From positions 21,001-85,000 of the forward strand of contig CAYSFT010000002.1 of the NCBI GenBank assembly GCA_964430755.1: DNA of 64,000 nt, given 5' to 3'. The first letter of the stretch is position 1; the number at the start of each line of letters is the position of its first letter. The notes below the pieces were generated by a model. The model had not been told where the DNA came from, made no database searches, and saw only the letters and a program-made list of their open reading frames with translations. Source of the DNA: an uncultured Lachnospiraceae bacterium (lineage in GTDB: Bacteria; Bacillota; Clostridia; Oscillospirales; CAG-272). Of the stretch, positions 29,520 through 38,444 are shown piece after piece. Both the position numbers and the translations under genes were made by a program.

Positions 29520-29548
29520 TTGACTTTTTGTATTATCTCTGCTACAAT
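29520..29548 (+). promoter_or_regulatory. sigma-A-type promoter of the pot operon
   Basis: TTGACT, 17-nt spacer, TACAAT. Confidence 0.6.
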
Positions 29549-29554
29549 AGTTCT

Positions 29555-29658
29555 ATCACCTTTATTGTGGGGTGTGTACTGGCGATTTGTTTTACCATCT
29601 CTTTCCGGTCATCCGACGCCGATTTTGTCGGAGCATTGGTTCGGGGTGATTTTTTTTC
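29555..29658 (+). promoter_or_regulatory. candidate transcription attenuator in the potA leader
   Basis: Terminator-like pairing tcatccga / tcggggtga followed by a T8 run (29651-29658). Competing hairpins reuse the same arm. Confidence 0.35.
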
Positions 29659-29715
29659 GCAGTGCGATTTAGCAGATTACTTTATTTCATTATCAAAGGA
29701 GTACACAAGTCAGAA

Positions 29716-30837
29716 ATGGAAAAAAACAAAATTATTGAGCTTAAAAATATCACAATGGAATATGAGGGCGAAAAGGTTCTTCGGGAAATTAACCTTGATA
29801 TTCATGATAAGGAGTTCGTCACGCTTCTCGGCCCGTCCGGCTGCGGTAAAACAACCACGCTTCGTATTGTCGGCGGATTTTTGACTCCCGATTCGGGCGA
29901 CGTGTTTTTTGAGGGCAAGCGTATCAACGATGTTCCTCCGCATAAGCGCCCTGTAAATACCGTGTTCCAGAAGTATGCGCTTTTTCCGCATCTTAATGTT
30001 TACGAGAATATAGCATTCGGTCTGCGCCTTAAAAAGCTGTCCGAAGAAGAAATACACGAAAAAGTTGAAGAAATGTTGACTATGGTTAACATGAAAGGCT
30101 TCGAGCGGAGAAATGTAAACCTGCTTTCGGGCGGTCAGCAGCAGCGAGTTGCAATTGCACGTGCGCTTGTTAACTCTCCCAAGGTACTGCTTCTTGATGA
30201 ACCTCTCGGTGCGCTTGACTTAAAGCTTCGAAAGGATATGCAGAACGAGCTTAAAAATATTCAGAAGAAAACAGGTATCACCTTTATTTACGTAACACAC
30301 GATCAGGAGGAGGCTCTCTCCATGTCCGATACCGTGGTTGTTATGGCAGACGGTGAAATCCAGCAGATCGGTTCGCCGACGGATATTTATAACGAGCCGG
30401 TTAATGCTTTCGTTGCCGACTTTATCGGTGAATCCAATATCCTTGACGGCGTTATGCTTGACGATTACCGTGTTAAATTCTCCCGTGCGGAGTTCAAATG
30501 TCTCGACTCCGGCTTTGACAAAAATGAGCAGGTTGACGTTGTTGTACGTCCCGAGGATGTTGACGTTGTTGCGCCCGACAAGGGTATGCTCACGGGTGTT
30601 GTTTCCACTGTCACATTCAAGGGCGATTACTATGAGATAATCGTTGACGTTCAGGGCTTCAAATGGATGATTGAAACCTCCGACTATGTGGCTGTTGACG
30701 CAACAATCGGTCTTGACATCGAGCCTGAGGCAATTCACGTTATGAAAAAATCCGAATATTCGGGTATATACGGCGACTATTCCTCTTTCAGCGATGAGCT
30801 TGACAATCTCGGTAATCCCCAGGAGGATGAAGAATGA
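29716..30837 (+). CDS. potA: spermidine/putrescine ABC transporter ATP-binding protein
   Basis: [19 protein letters not shown] and LLLDEP motifs plus a PotA-type C-terminal regulatory domain. Confidence 0.95.
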   Translation: MEKNKIIELKNITMEYEGEKVLREINLDIHDKEFVTLLGPSGCGKTTTLRIVGGFLTPDSGDVFFEGKRINDVPPHKRPVNTVFQKYALFPHLNVYENIAFGLRLKKLSEEEIHEKVEEMLTMVNMKGFERRNVNLLSGGQQQRVAIARALVNSPKVLLLDEPLGALDLKLRKDMQNELKNIQKKTGITFIYVTHDQEEALSMSDTVVVMADGEIQQIGSPTDIYNEPVNAFVADFIGESNILDGVMLDDYRVKFSRAEFKCLDSGFDKNEQVDVVVRPEDVDVVAPDKGMLTGVVSTVTFKGDYYEIIVDVQGFKWMIETSDYVAVDATIGLDIEPEAIHVMKKSEYSGIYGDYSSFSDELDNLGNPQEDEE

Positions 30838-31688
30838 GAAAAAACTCTCTGTTTCAAAAGATAGCGGCAGCACCGCATATTCTGTGGGCGATCATGTTTA
30901 TCGTTGCCCCCATGATATTCGTGCTCTACTTTGCTTTTACCGATGCAGAGGGAAAATTCTCGTTTTCTAACATTTCCTCTCTGTCGCAGTACGGCAACGT
31001 ATTTATTCTTTCAATTGCTTTTGCACTTATTGCAACCGTTATCTGTCTTCTCATCGGTTATCCTTTGGCGTATTTTATGTCAAAGCAGTCCGAGAGAACG
31101 CAGAAGATACTCATGGTGCTTGTTATGCTTCCAATGTGGTGTAACCTGCTCATCAGAACCTATGCACTGATGGCACTGCTTGATAACGGCGGCTTGCTTA
31201 ACTCCTTGCTCGAGCGGCTCGGACTTGGTAAAATTCCGATCGTCGGAACAAATTTCGGCGTTATACTCGGTATGATATACGACTTTTTGCCGTATATGGT
31301 TCTGCCGATTTTCACCGCTATGACAAAGCTCGATAAGCGTTACATAGAAGCGTCGCAGGATCTTGGCTGTACCGGCTGGCAGACGATGACACGCGTTATT
31401 ATGCCGCTTACCGTCTCCGGCGTTGTTTCGGGCATCACGATGGTGTTCGTTCCGTCGATCAGTACATTCTATATTTCGCAAAAGCTCGGCGCAGGTAAAA
31501 TTGACCTTGTTGGTGACACCATTGAGCGTCTTTTCCAAAATCCCAGCACGTATAATGTTGGCGCGTCGATCTCGCTTGTCATGATGGTGCTCATTATAAT
31601 TTCTGTCGGCATCATGAACCGCTTTACGGATGATGAGCATGATTCCGATACCGGTAAGGGTAAGAAGAAAGGGGGCTTCATGCCGTGA
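30834..31688 (+). CDS. potB: spermidine/putrescine ABC transporter permease
   Basis: Six-TM permease with the EAA-type loop (IEASQDLGC). ATGA coupling to the neighbouring gene. Confidence 0.9.
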   Translation: MRKNSLFQKIAAAPHILWAIMFIVAPMIFVLYFAFTDAEGKFSFSNISSLSQYGNVFILSIAFALIATVICLLIGYPLAYFMSKQSERTQKILMVLVMLPMWCNLLIRTYALMALLDNGGLLNSLLERLGLGKIPIVGTNFGVILGMIYDFLPYMVLPIFTAMTKLDKRYIEASQDLGCTGWQTMTRVIMPLTVSGVVSGITMVFVPSISTFYISQKLGAGKIDLVGDTIERLFQNPSTYNVGASISLVMMVLIIISVGIMNRFTDDEHDSDTGKGKKKGGFMP

Positions 31689-32494
31689 AATTCCTGTCGA
31701 AATTCTATATCGGTCTGATATTCTTCCTCCTTTATATTCCGATTATCGTTCTGATCGTTTTCTCTTTCAATGAATCGGGAAGCCTTGCTGATTTTTCGGG
31801 CGTTTCACTTGTCTGGTATGAGGAGCTCTTTAACGACGAAGAGGCTTTGTCGTCACTCCTCAATTCGCTTATTCTTGCGGTTTCGTCATCGGTTATTGCC
31901 ACGGTGATCGCTACATTCGGCGCACTTGGACTTTATCGCATGAAGAGTAAGTACGTCAAGGGTGCAGTTAATACTGTAACCAATATTCCCATGATGAACC
32001 CAGATATCGTTACGGGCGTTTCGATGATGCTTCTGTTTGTTGCAGTGGCAGGTTTTCTTAAGTCGCAGTCGTTCTTTGGCTTCGGTACGATGCTTATTGC
32101 GCACGTGACGTTCAATCTGCCGTATGTGCTCCTGTCGGTTATGCCTCGCTTCAGGGGACTTGATAAATCCTTGTCCGAAGCGGCACAGGATCTTGGCTGT
32201 ACGCCTGCGCGTGCATTTTTCAAGGTGGAGCTTCCGGAGATCGTTCCGGGTATCGTTTCGGGATTCATGCTCGGCTTTACGATGTCGCTTGACGATTTTG
32301 TAATCAGCCATTTTGTAAGCTCACCTGACTTCCAGACGCTTCCTCTCTACGTTTACAATCAGACGGCACATAACGTGAAGTTCAGTATGTATGCGCTTTC
32401 CTCGCTTATTGTCGTTGCGATTCTTATAATTCTCCTTGTGGTCAACTTCGCAGGCTCTGTCGGTCGCCGCAAGGTAAGCGGAAAAAGGGGGTAA
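31685..32494 (+). CDS. potC: spermidine/putrescine ABC transporter permease
   Basis: Permease with SEAAQDLGCTP. Overlaps potB. Confidence 0.9.
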   Translation: MKFLSKFYIGLIFFLLYIPIIVLIVFSFNESGSLADFSGVSLVWYEELFNDEEALSSLLNSLILAVSSSVIATVIATFGALGLYRMKSKYVKGAVNTVTNIPMMNPDIVTGVSMMLLFVAVAGFLKSQSFFGFGTMLIAHVTFNLPYVLLSVMPRFRGLDKSLSEAAQDLGCTPARAFFKVELPEIVPGIVSGFMLGFTMSLDDFVISHFVSSPDFQTLPLYVYNQTAHNVKFSMYALSSLIVVAILIILLVVNFAGSVGRRKVSGKRG

Positions 32495-32498
32495 GGGC

Positions 32499-33770
32499 AT
32501 GAAGAAAATAACCGTTTCCCGAATTTTTTCGCTTGTTATTTCTGTGCTTTGTCTCGCTTTACTCGTCCTGCCGTCGCTTTCGGGGTGTTCCGCGGACGGT
32601 GTCAGTGACAATGTGACCTTGTATGTTTACAACTGGGGTGAATACATTTCCGATGGCTCCGAGGGCTGTCTTGACTCGAATCAGGCATTTGAGAAATGGT
32701 ACTATGAAACCTACGGCGTAAAGGTCAACGTCAATTATTCAACCTTTTCGAGTAACGAATCCCTTTATGCGAAGTTAAGCTCAGGCTCGGTCAGCTATGA
32801 CGTAATCGTTCCGTCTGACTATATGATAGAACGTCTTATTGACGAGGGGCTTTTGGCAGAGCTTAATTATGATAACATTCCGCACGCGGCAGAGAATCTT
32901 CTTCCCGAATTTTTCGGCGAGACCTCTGTTCATTCCGATTATGACCCGGGAAATAAATATTCGGTTCCGTATATGTACGGTATGATCGGTGTTATTTACA
33001 ATACGACGGTTGTCCCCGAGGATGAGCCGAATCTCGGAAGCTGGCAGCTTATGTGGGATGAAAAGTACAAGGGTGATATTCTTCAGTTCAATAATTCGCG
33101 TGACGCTTTCGGCTCGGCACAGTATTTTCTCGGTCTTGATGTCAACTCCGACAGCGAGGCTGACTGGCGTGCGGCACTTGAAAAGCTGAAGGAACAGAAG
33201 CCTATACTCCAGGGTTATGTTATGGACGAGATCTATAACAAGATGGAGAACGGTTCTGCGGCAATTGCGGCTTACTATGCAGGAGATTATCTTGCGATGT
33301 ATGAGAACAATTCCGACCTCGAGTTTTTCTATCCCGAGGAGGGAACTAATCTCTATGTGGACGCGATGTGCATTCCGAAATCTGCCAAGAACAAGGAAAT
33401 AGCGGAGCGTTACATTGACTTTATGCTCACAGAAGAGCCTGCTGTTGCGAACGCTGAATATACTTATTATGCTTCACCGAACCGCGTTGTTGTTGAGAGT
33501 GAAGAATACATTGAGTATATGAGCGAGATCAAGGAAGACGCTTACGAAAAGATGTACGACACGGACAGCGTTACGACATCCACATACAGAAATCTCACCG
33601 GAGAAAAGCTGCTTCTCATCAATACGCTTTGGGAAGAGCTTAAATCTGACGTAACGGTCAGTGCGGCGATTTATGTGATGTGCGGCGTTATACTTGCGGT
33701 GCTTATTGCATGGGCGGTATTCTCTTATGTGAGAAAGGCTCGCAGAAGCAAATTTTATACAGGTAAATAA
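32499..33770 (+). CDS. potD: spermidine/putrescine-binding lipoprotein with an extra C-terminal TM segment
   Basis: Lipobox LSGC, PotD-like body (YNWGEYI, VPSDYM), and the hydrophobic C-terminal stretch AAIYVMCGVILAVLIAWAVF. Confidence 0.9.
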   Translation: MKKITVSRIFSLVISVLCLALLVLPSLSGCSADGVSDNVTLYVYNWGEYISDGSEGCLDSNQAFEKWYYETYGVKVNVNYSTFSSNESLYAKLSSGSVSYDVIVPSDYMIERLIDEGLLAELNYDNIPHAAENLLPEFFGETSVHSDYDPGNKYSVPYMYGMIGVIYNTTVVPEDEPNLGSWQLMWDEKYKGDILQFNNSRDAFGSAQYFLGLDVNSDSEADWRAALEKLKEQKPILQGYVMDEIYNKMENGSAAIAAYYAGDYLAMYENNSDLEFFYPEEGTNLYVDAMCIPKSAKNKEIAERYIDFMLTEEPAVANAEYTYYASPNRVVVESEEYIEYMSEIKEDAYEKMYDTDSVTTSTYRNLTGEKLLLINTLWEELKSDVTVSAAIYVMCGVILAVLIAWAVFSYVRKARRSKFYTGK

Positions 33771-33777
33771 ATAAAAG

Positions 33778-33820
33778 AGCACTTACATCGAAACGAATAC
33801 GGTGTAAGTGCTGTTTTTTG
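33778..33820 (+). terminator. rho-independent terminator of the pot operon
   Basis: 10-bp stem agcacttaca / tgtaagtgct followed by gtttttt. Confidence 0.8.
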
Positions 33821-33875
33821 CCGGCAAATTTTTTTTCAAATTAAAAACCGGGGAGTGCAATTTTAGAATGAAGTA

Positions 33876-33905
33876 TTGACATTTCTGATTTATTTATGGT
33901 ATAAT
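33876..33905 (+). promoter_or_regulatory. sigma-A-type promoter of the toxin-antitoxin locus
   Basis: TTGACA, 18-nt spacer, TGgTATAAT. Confidence 0.55.
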
Positions 33906-33969
33906 TAATTTACGGATATGAATTATTTCTGTGTGTCCGCGTATAATGAAAATGGAAGATGATCTGATT

Positions 33970-34229
33970 ATGACTATACGGTATTCAAAGGATGCCTTGA
34001 AGTTTTTATCCAAGCTTGAAAAAAATCGGTGACACGTATTCGTGAAGCTATCGGTGGACTTACGCTTGTTCCGCCTGTTGGTGATATTAAGCCGATGCAA
34101 GACTATAACGATGGAACAAAGCGACTCAGAGTTGGTTCATGGAGAATTATTTATCGAATAAATACCGATGGTGGAGTCGATATATTGTTTGTTATCGACA
34201 TAGGAAATCGCGGTGACATATATAAATAA
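33970..34229 (+). pseudogene. RelE/ParE-family toxin gene, frameshifted in an A7 tract
   Basis: ATG 33970 gives MTIRYSKDALKFLSKLEKNR*. The -1 frame from 34029 continues VTRIREAIGGL...KRLRVGSWRIIYRI...VIDIGNRGDIYK. One extra A at 34019-34025 would restore a single ~86-aa ORF. Confidence 0.75.
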
Positions 34230-34242
34230 GGAGGTGCTTTAA

Positions 34243-34455
34243 ATGTCCGGTATTACAATGGAAGCTGCTCGTCTAATGGATGCTCTGCCCGAGGCTGACA
34301 AGAAATTTGCATACGAGTTTATTAAAAAGCTTGTTCTTGCGTGGGATCCTGACTTCACAAAAGTAACCTCAGAAGAAGCGAACTGCATCAAGGAAGCTGA
34401 GGAAAGCGGATTTATCGATGACAGTGAAGTTGATTGGGACAGCATCGGAACATAA
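34243..34455 (+). CDS. small acidic protein, putative cognate antitoxin
   Basis: 70-aa ORF 13 nt downstream of the toxin with a good RBS (aaggaggtg). The function is inferred from position only. Confidence 0.45.
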   Translation: MSGITMEAARLMDALPEADKKFAYEFIKKLVLAWDPDFTKVTSEEANCIKEAEESGFIDDSEVDWDSIGT

Positions 34456-34471
34456 AATTGAATAGTCAATC

Positions 34472-34499
34472 TCCCCGTCAGTGTGGCGGGGATTTTTTG
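34472..34499 (+). terminator. rho-independent terminator
   Basis: Stem tccccg / cgggga followed by tttttt. Confidence 0.7.
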
Positions 34500-34505
34500 T
34501 ATAAC

Positions 34506-34533
34506 AAAAAGCCCCAAGGAAAAACCTCGAGGC
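34506..34533 (-). terminator. terminator downstream of the orphan tRNA 3' half (original tRNA terminator)
   Basis: On the minus strand: gcctcgagg-ttttt-ccttggggc (9 bp including two G-U pairs) followed by ttttt. Confidence 0.6.
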
Positions 34534-34536
34534 TTC

Positions 34537-34585
34537 TGGAGCTGGAAATGGGATTTGAACCCACGACCTATTGATTACGAATCAA
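34537..34585 (-). pseudogene. orphan 3' half of a disrupted host tRNA-Thr(CGU) gene (attachment-site junction)
   Basis: The reverse complement reads ttgattcgtaatcaataggtcgtgggttcaaatcccatttccagctcca: anticodon arm, T arm and acceptor 3' strand plus CCA. No matching 5' half lies adjacent. Confidence 0.85.
34574..34585. repeat. att core direct repeat, left copy
   Basis: attacgaatcaa is the anticodon stem-loop sequence. An identical copy is at 40274-40285, and a third lies inside the intact tRNA at 40205-40216. Confidence 0.8.
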
Positions 34586-34746
34586 CAGGTCTAAATAGCC
34601 CCTTAAATACACCTTTTATTAGTCTTTACAACCTTTTTCTCGGTCGGCATTGACCGAATCGGTAATTGTTGAACGAAAATCTCGCCATTAGGTGCTATTG
34701 ATTACGCTTTTATTGTATCATAAGATTATGAATATTTCAAGAGGGG

Positions 34747-34781
34747 TAAAAAATCAACAGACGGATGTACTCCGTCTGTTG
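34747..34781 (-). terminator. rho-independent terminator of the lipoprotein gene
   Basis: Perfect 10-bp stem caacagacgg / ccgtctgttg, with atttttt on the minus strand. Confidence 0.75.
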
Positions 34782-34789
34782 AAGATGTG

Positions 34790-35344
34790 TCAAAACTCGT
34801 TGTATTTCTCCGCATACTCTTTTATGTTAAGAATAGAAACCTCGTCCCAATCAAGACTTGCTAATGTATCAGCATTAAAGGTGCTTCTTAAATATGCGGT
34901 CTGTACATTTCCATATTCTTCATAGAAAACAAACTTGACTGTCATATTGTAATCGTCTTTCATTCTATACAGTATGGTGTATTGAATTAAAAGAGCATCA
35001 GCAGGGTGAGGTTCTGTCAGTAAAAACTTAACTGTTGAATCATCGGCAGCGACATTTTCGACGTTTGCTTTGCCAACAACACTTTCGGCTAAATCTTGTA
35101 ATGCTTGTCTTTTTTCTGCTACTCCACTAGTACCTGCGGTTATAAAACGCCATTCCGCTTCGGTAAGTCCAAGTTCATTATTGGGGTCATAGGTTTGATT
35201 GTCGGGTTCATAAGTTTGATTATTAGGTTCAACAACGGTGGAGGCTTCGTTTTGTAAATCGTTCTTTTCTTCGCTATTAGAACACCCTACCAAAAAGAAC
35301 ATCAATATAATAGCGCTCAATAAAGAGCAAAGTATTCTTTTCAT
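34790..35344 (-). CDS. lipoprotein of unknown function (element cargo)
   Basis: MKRILCSLLSAIILMFFLVGCSN carries a lipobox. Contains a tandem EPNNQTYEPDNQTYDPNN repeat. Confidence 0.75.
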   Translation of the reverse strand: MKRILCSLLSAIILMFFLVGCSNSEEKNDLQNEASTVVEPNNQTYEPDNQTYDPNNELGLTEAEWRFITAGTSGVAEKRQALQDLAESVVGKANVENVAADDSTVKFLLTEPHPADALLIQYTILYRMKDDYNMTVKFVFYEEYGNVQTAYLRSTFNADTLASLDWDEVSILNIKEYAEKYNEF

Positions 35345-35776
35345 ATCTTTACTTGTACAACTCTCTTTCTATACAACATCCTTGATAAATCAATCAAATA
35401 CACATATAGTATATCATAATTTTATGAACTTTTCAATAGCGATATTGGTTATATTTCGGGAGTAATCGACAGTAAAATATAACAAACAAATCCAAATGGA
35501 AAGAATATAGAAAGGCAGAAAAAAAGATGGTCGGAAAGAAAAACAGAGCGGAAAGGACGGTTTGACAATAAGGTTATAAGGCTTATTTGTCAAACTATAC
35601 TTTCTACCAAAATGAGTATGAAGAAACGGCACGAAGTGTCGCTTCTTCATACGGAAATGGAAAAACGCTCTCATTCGAGCGTTTCACAAAATGGGGTTAT
35701 ACCCTTTGTCCTCGTCCCTATCGGGATAAAAAAGCGGTTATAGTCTTAACTATCAAAAAGCAAAGGGGGTGCGACT

Positions 35777-36691
35777 ATGGGAAGAAAGAGCGGTAATATC
35801 ACTATGCAGTTGAACAAACGCATTGACGATTTACTCCGTATCGGTGAGAAGAAAGTGAAAGATGACCCGACAAATAGCAATCGTGTCGAGGGTATTCACT
35901 CGATACAGACCGCATCAACATACCGAGCGGTAGCAAAACAACTTGGGGAATACCTCAAAGGGCAGGGCGTGAGGAACATTGGGGAGATTGACCGAACACA
36001 CATAGCAGGGTTTATGTCCGAGCGAAAGGACTTGTCTGCTTTTACGCATAGCAAGGATTTGTCGGCTATCAACAAAATCCTTGATACACGCTATACAGTT
36101 CGAGAGTTCGGACTACCTCAACGCAGTTATCACGATGTGTCAAACAACAGAGGTCTTGCGGTAAGAGATACAAGCGGAGCAGAACGCAACCGAGAGGCAC
36201 TTTCTTTTGTTCGTGCCTGCGGTATGCGTAGGGAGAGCATAGACCGAATAACACCGAACGATTTTTTGCGTGATAAAGACGGTCTGTGTATCGGGGTACA
36301 TCTTGTTGAAAAGGGTGGCCGTGAGAGAATGGCGGTAATCATTGAGCAAGACAGAGAGCGTATAACCGAGATTGTCAGTAATGCCATAGCACAAAACGGA
36401 GAGCATCAGCCATTCTTGAAAGCACCCGACTCAAACGCCAATCCTCACTATGAACGCAGGGAGTATGCCGAGAGATTATACACAGACCTTATCAACGCAA
36501 AGGAGAGCGGTTTTGACTACTACGCCAATATGAGAGAGCATTTTATAGACGAGTACAACTTTGAGAGAGCCACACACGGCAGAGCTGAGATAATCAAGGG
36601 GGTTGAGCGTGATACCCTTGCGGAAGTCTCCCAAAATCTCGGACACAATAGAATTAGCGTTGTATATTACAGTTATTTGAACATAGCATAA
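35777..36691 (+). CDS. tyrosine-recombinase-like protein (second recombinase of the element)
   Basis: Candidate catalytic residues in the canonical order: ACGMRRES (R), VEKGGRER (K), NPHYERREYA (HxxR), LGHNRISVVYYSY (H...Y). Assigned by eye only. Confidence 0.55.
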   Translation: MGRKSGNITMQLNKRIDDLLRIGEKKVKDDPTNSNRVEGIHSIQTASTYRAVAKQLGEYLKGQGVRNIGEIDRTHIAGFMSERKDLSAFTHSKDLSAINKILDTRYTVREFGLPQRSYHDVSNNRGLAVRDTSGAERNREALSFVRACGMRRESIDRITPNDFLRDKDGLCIGVHLVEKGGRERMAVIIEQDRERITEIVSNAIAQNGEHQPFLKAPDSNANPHYERREYAERLYTDLINAKESGFDYYANMREHFIDEYNFERATHGRAEIIKGVERDTLAEVSQNLGHNRISVVYYSYLNIA

Positions 36692-36766
36692 TTATATTTT
36701 GCTTGTTATTACATAGAATATAGTAAGCCCGAATGGGTAATACAAGTGGGCGGAAATAAAATGGTG

Positions 36767-36806
36767 AGGCTATCGAAATTACCCTTTCGGTAGCCTTATA
36801 TTTTTG
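36767..36806 (+). terminator. rho-independent terminator
   Basis: Stem aggctatcg / cggtagcct followed by tatattttt. Confidence 0.6.
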
Positions 36807-36856
36807 CTCGAACACCTATCCTCTTTATTTTTCCAAAAAAATATGAATAATGTATA

Positions 36857-36960
36857 TGTAGCAAAGTAGCAAACACTATTTTCTCACATTATTTCAACTA
36901 CTTTAAGGCTACATCGTGGCAGTTATCATTCCTGCCACGATGTAGCACAATGTAGCAAAA
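36857..36960 (+). promoter_or_regulatory. candidate replication/transfer origin: GTAGCA iterons plus a 15-bp inverted repeat
   Basis: tgtagcaaagtagcaaa (36857-36873). Perfect inverted repeat gctacatcgtggcag-N9-ctgccacgatgtagc (36908-36946). atgtagcacaatgtagcaaaa (36940-36960). All lie directly upstream of rep. Confidence 0.5.
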
Positions 36961-36993
36961 CCATAAAAATACTAAAAATAAGGAGGACTCAAT

Positions 36994-38205
36994 ATGAGTA
37001 AAACTCGCACTATGAGAAGTGCTTTTATAAGAATCTCAGCCACAAATAACACAAAGGACGGCTTGGTGGAATACACCAAAGAGCAAATCAAGGCCATGGT
37101 GGAGGGGCTTTGCGACAGATATACAGACACCAAATATGCCTACATTTGCCACGACAAAGACCAAGCACCAGACGGAGCCGTCCCAACACACTTTCATATT
37201 TACTTTAAGTTCAAGACATCTATACACTTTCCCTATCTGAAAGAGGCTTTTCCCTATGGGGACATCGAAAATGCGAGGTCGGCTAATGCTTGTGTTCAAT
37301 ACCTCATACATAAGAACAATCCCGAAAAGGCACAGTATGGCAAAGACGAGGTAATCAGCAATTTTACACAAGAACAACTCGAATACCTTTTCTTGAACAA
37401 CAAGAAATTGGAAAAACTCAACGAAGAATCCGAACTTGCTGACATTTTGGAAGGCATAGCCGAAAACGAAATCAGGCGTTTTAATATGTTTGACCATATC
37501 AGTGTAGAACTTTATAGCAAACACCGAGCGAAGATTGAAAACGCCTTTAAGTACCGAGACATTAAACTGCTGACTAACCCGAACAGAAACATTGATGTCA
37601 TTTTCGTGACGGGAGCAGCAGGCAACGGCAAGACAACCTTTGCCAAATCGTTCGGGAATGGATATAACGGCATTTGCGTTTCCTCGTCATCGAATGACCC
37701 TTTACAAGACTACTGCGACCAAGATGTTCTTATCCTTGATGACTTGCGTGATGAAGATTTCAAGTTTCAAGACCTTTTGAAAATACTTGACCCTCACACC
37801 GCATCAAGTATGAAGAGCCGATACAACAATAAGGTGTTCGTTGGAAAACTCATCGTTATAACGAGTTATAAGACACTTAGAGATTGGTACGGCAAAGTCC
37901 CTCACGATGCTAAAAAGCAGTTATACCGAAGAATGTCACTTTATGTTCAAGTCGAAAAAGAGGAAATCGATATTTACACAATAGATGCTGACTTGACTAA
38001 AACTCTTATTGCCACACTCCCGAACGTAGTGCCTACGCTCATCAAAGAGCACGAAAAGGCAAAAAAGACAGATGAGTTTGTCAATGGGGCAATCAATCAT
38101 TATTTCGACTCAATGAAAAACCTTGTGCCAGAGGAAGAAATCGAAAGAGGGCTGGCTGGTGTCAAGTATGGCTCGGACGGTTATGATAAAGAATTACCAT
38201 TCTAA
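36994..38205 (+). CDS. rep: HUH rolling-circle Rep/relaxase-type initiator (pMV158 RepB-like N-domain) fused to a P-loop NTPase
   Basis: CHDKD...PTHFHIYFKF (HUH motif), VQYLIHKNN (catalytic Tyr motif), and Walker A GAAGNGKTT with LILDDLRD. Confidence 0.8.
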   Translation: MSKTRTMRSAFIRISATNNTKDGLVEYTKEQIKAMVEGLCDRYTDTKYAYICHDKDQAPDGAVPTHFHIYFKFKTSIHFPYLKEAFPYGDIENARSANACVQYLIHKNNPEKAQYGKDEVISNFTQEQLEYLFLNNKKLEKLNEESELADILEGIAENEIRRFNMFDHISVELYSKHRAKIENAFKYRDIKLLTNPNRNIDVIFVTGAAGNGKTTFAKSFGNGYNGICVSSSSNDPLQDYCDQDVLILDDLRDEDFKFQDLLKILDPHTASSMKSRYNNKVFVGKLIVITSYKTLRDWYGKVPHDAKKQLYRRMSLYVQVEKEEIDIYTIDADLTKTLIATLPNVVPTLIKEHEKAKKTDEFVNGAINHYFDSMKNLVPEEEIERGLAGVKYGSDGYDKELPF

Positions 38206-38222
38206 TTAAGGGGGAAAATACG

Positions 38223-38402
38223 ATGAGAAAGAATAAAAATGGCTTTAACAAATATGAATGTATGGTTATCAAGGTAATCTTGACGATTGCCCGACAGATA
38301 ACCGACAACGAGGAAAGAAAGGATTTTATCAGCCGAGTAAGGCTATATGATAAAGAGGGAAACGAAATGCCCTTGTTCCTCAAACAGTTGGAGAGGAATT
38401 GA
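38223..38402 (+). CDS. hypothetical 59-aa protein
   Basis: ATG 7 nt after aaggggg, read by eye (below the ORF-track cut-off). Followed by a terminator. Confidence 0.45.
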   Translation: MRKNKNGFNKYECMVIKVILTIARQITDNEERKDFISRVRLYDKEGNEMPLFLKQLERN

Positions 38403-38404
38403 CT

Positions 38405-38444
38405 AATGGCGTTCTGCTATCACACAGAACGCCATTTTCTTTTA
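38405..38444. terminator. terminator between convergent genes
   Basis: 12-bp stem aatggcgttctg / cagaacgccatt followed by ttttctttt on the plus strand. Confidence 0.7.

Noticed and set aside
30220-30873. 217-aa ORF on the minus strand.
   Set aside because: It is antisense to potA, whose ABC ATPase motifs are clear.
35587-35796. 69-aa ORF and a 43-aa alternative upstream of the recombinase-like gene in the element.
   Set aside because: There is no RBS, and one candidate needs a TTG start that lies within an inverted repeat (gtttgacaat...atttgtcaaac). The region is more likely regulatory.
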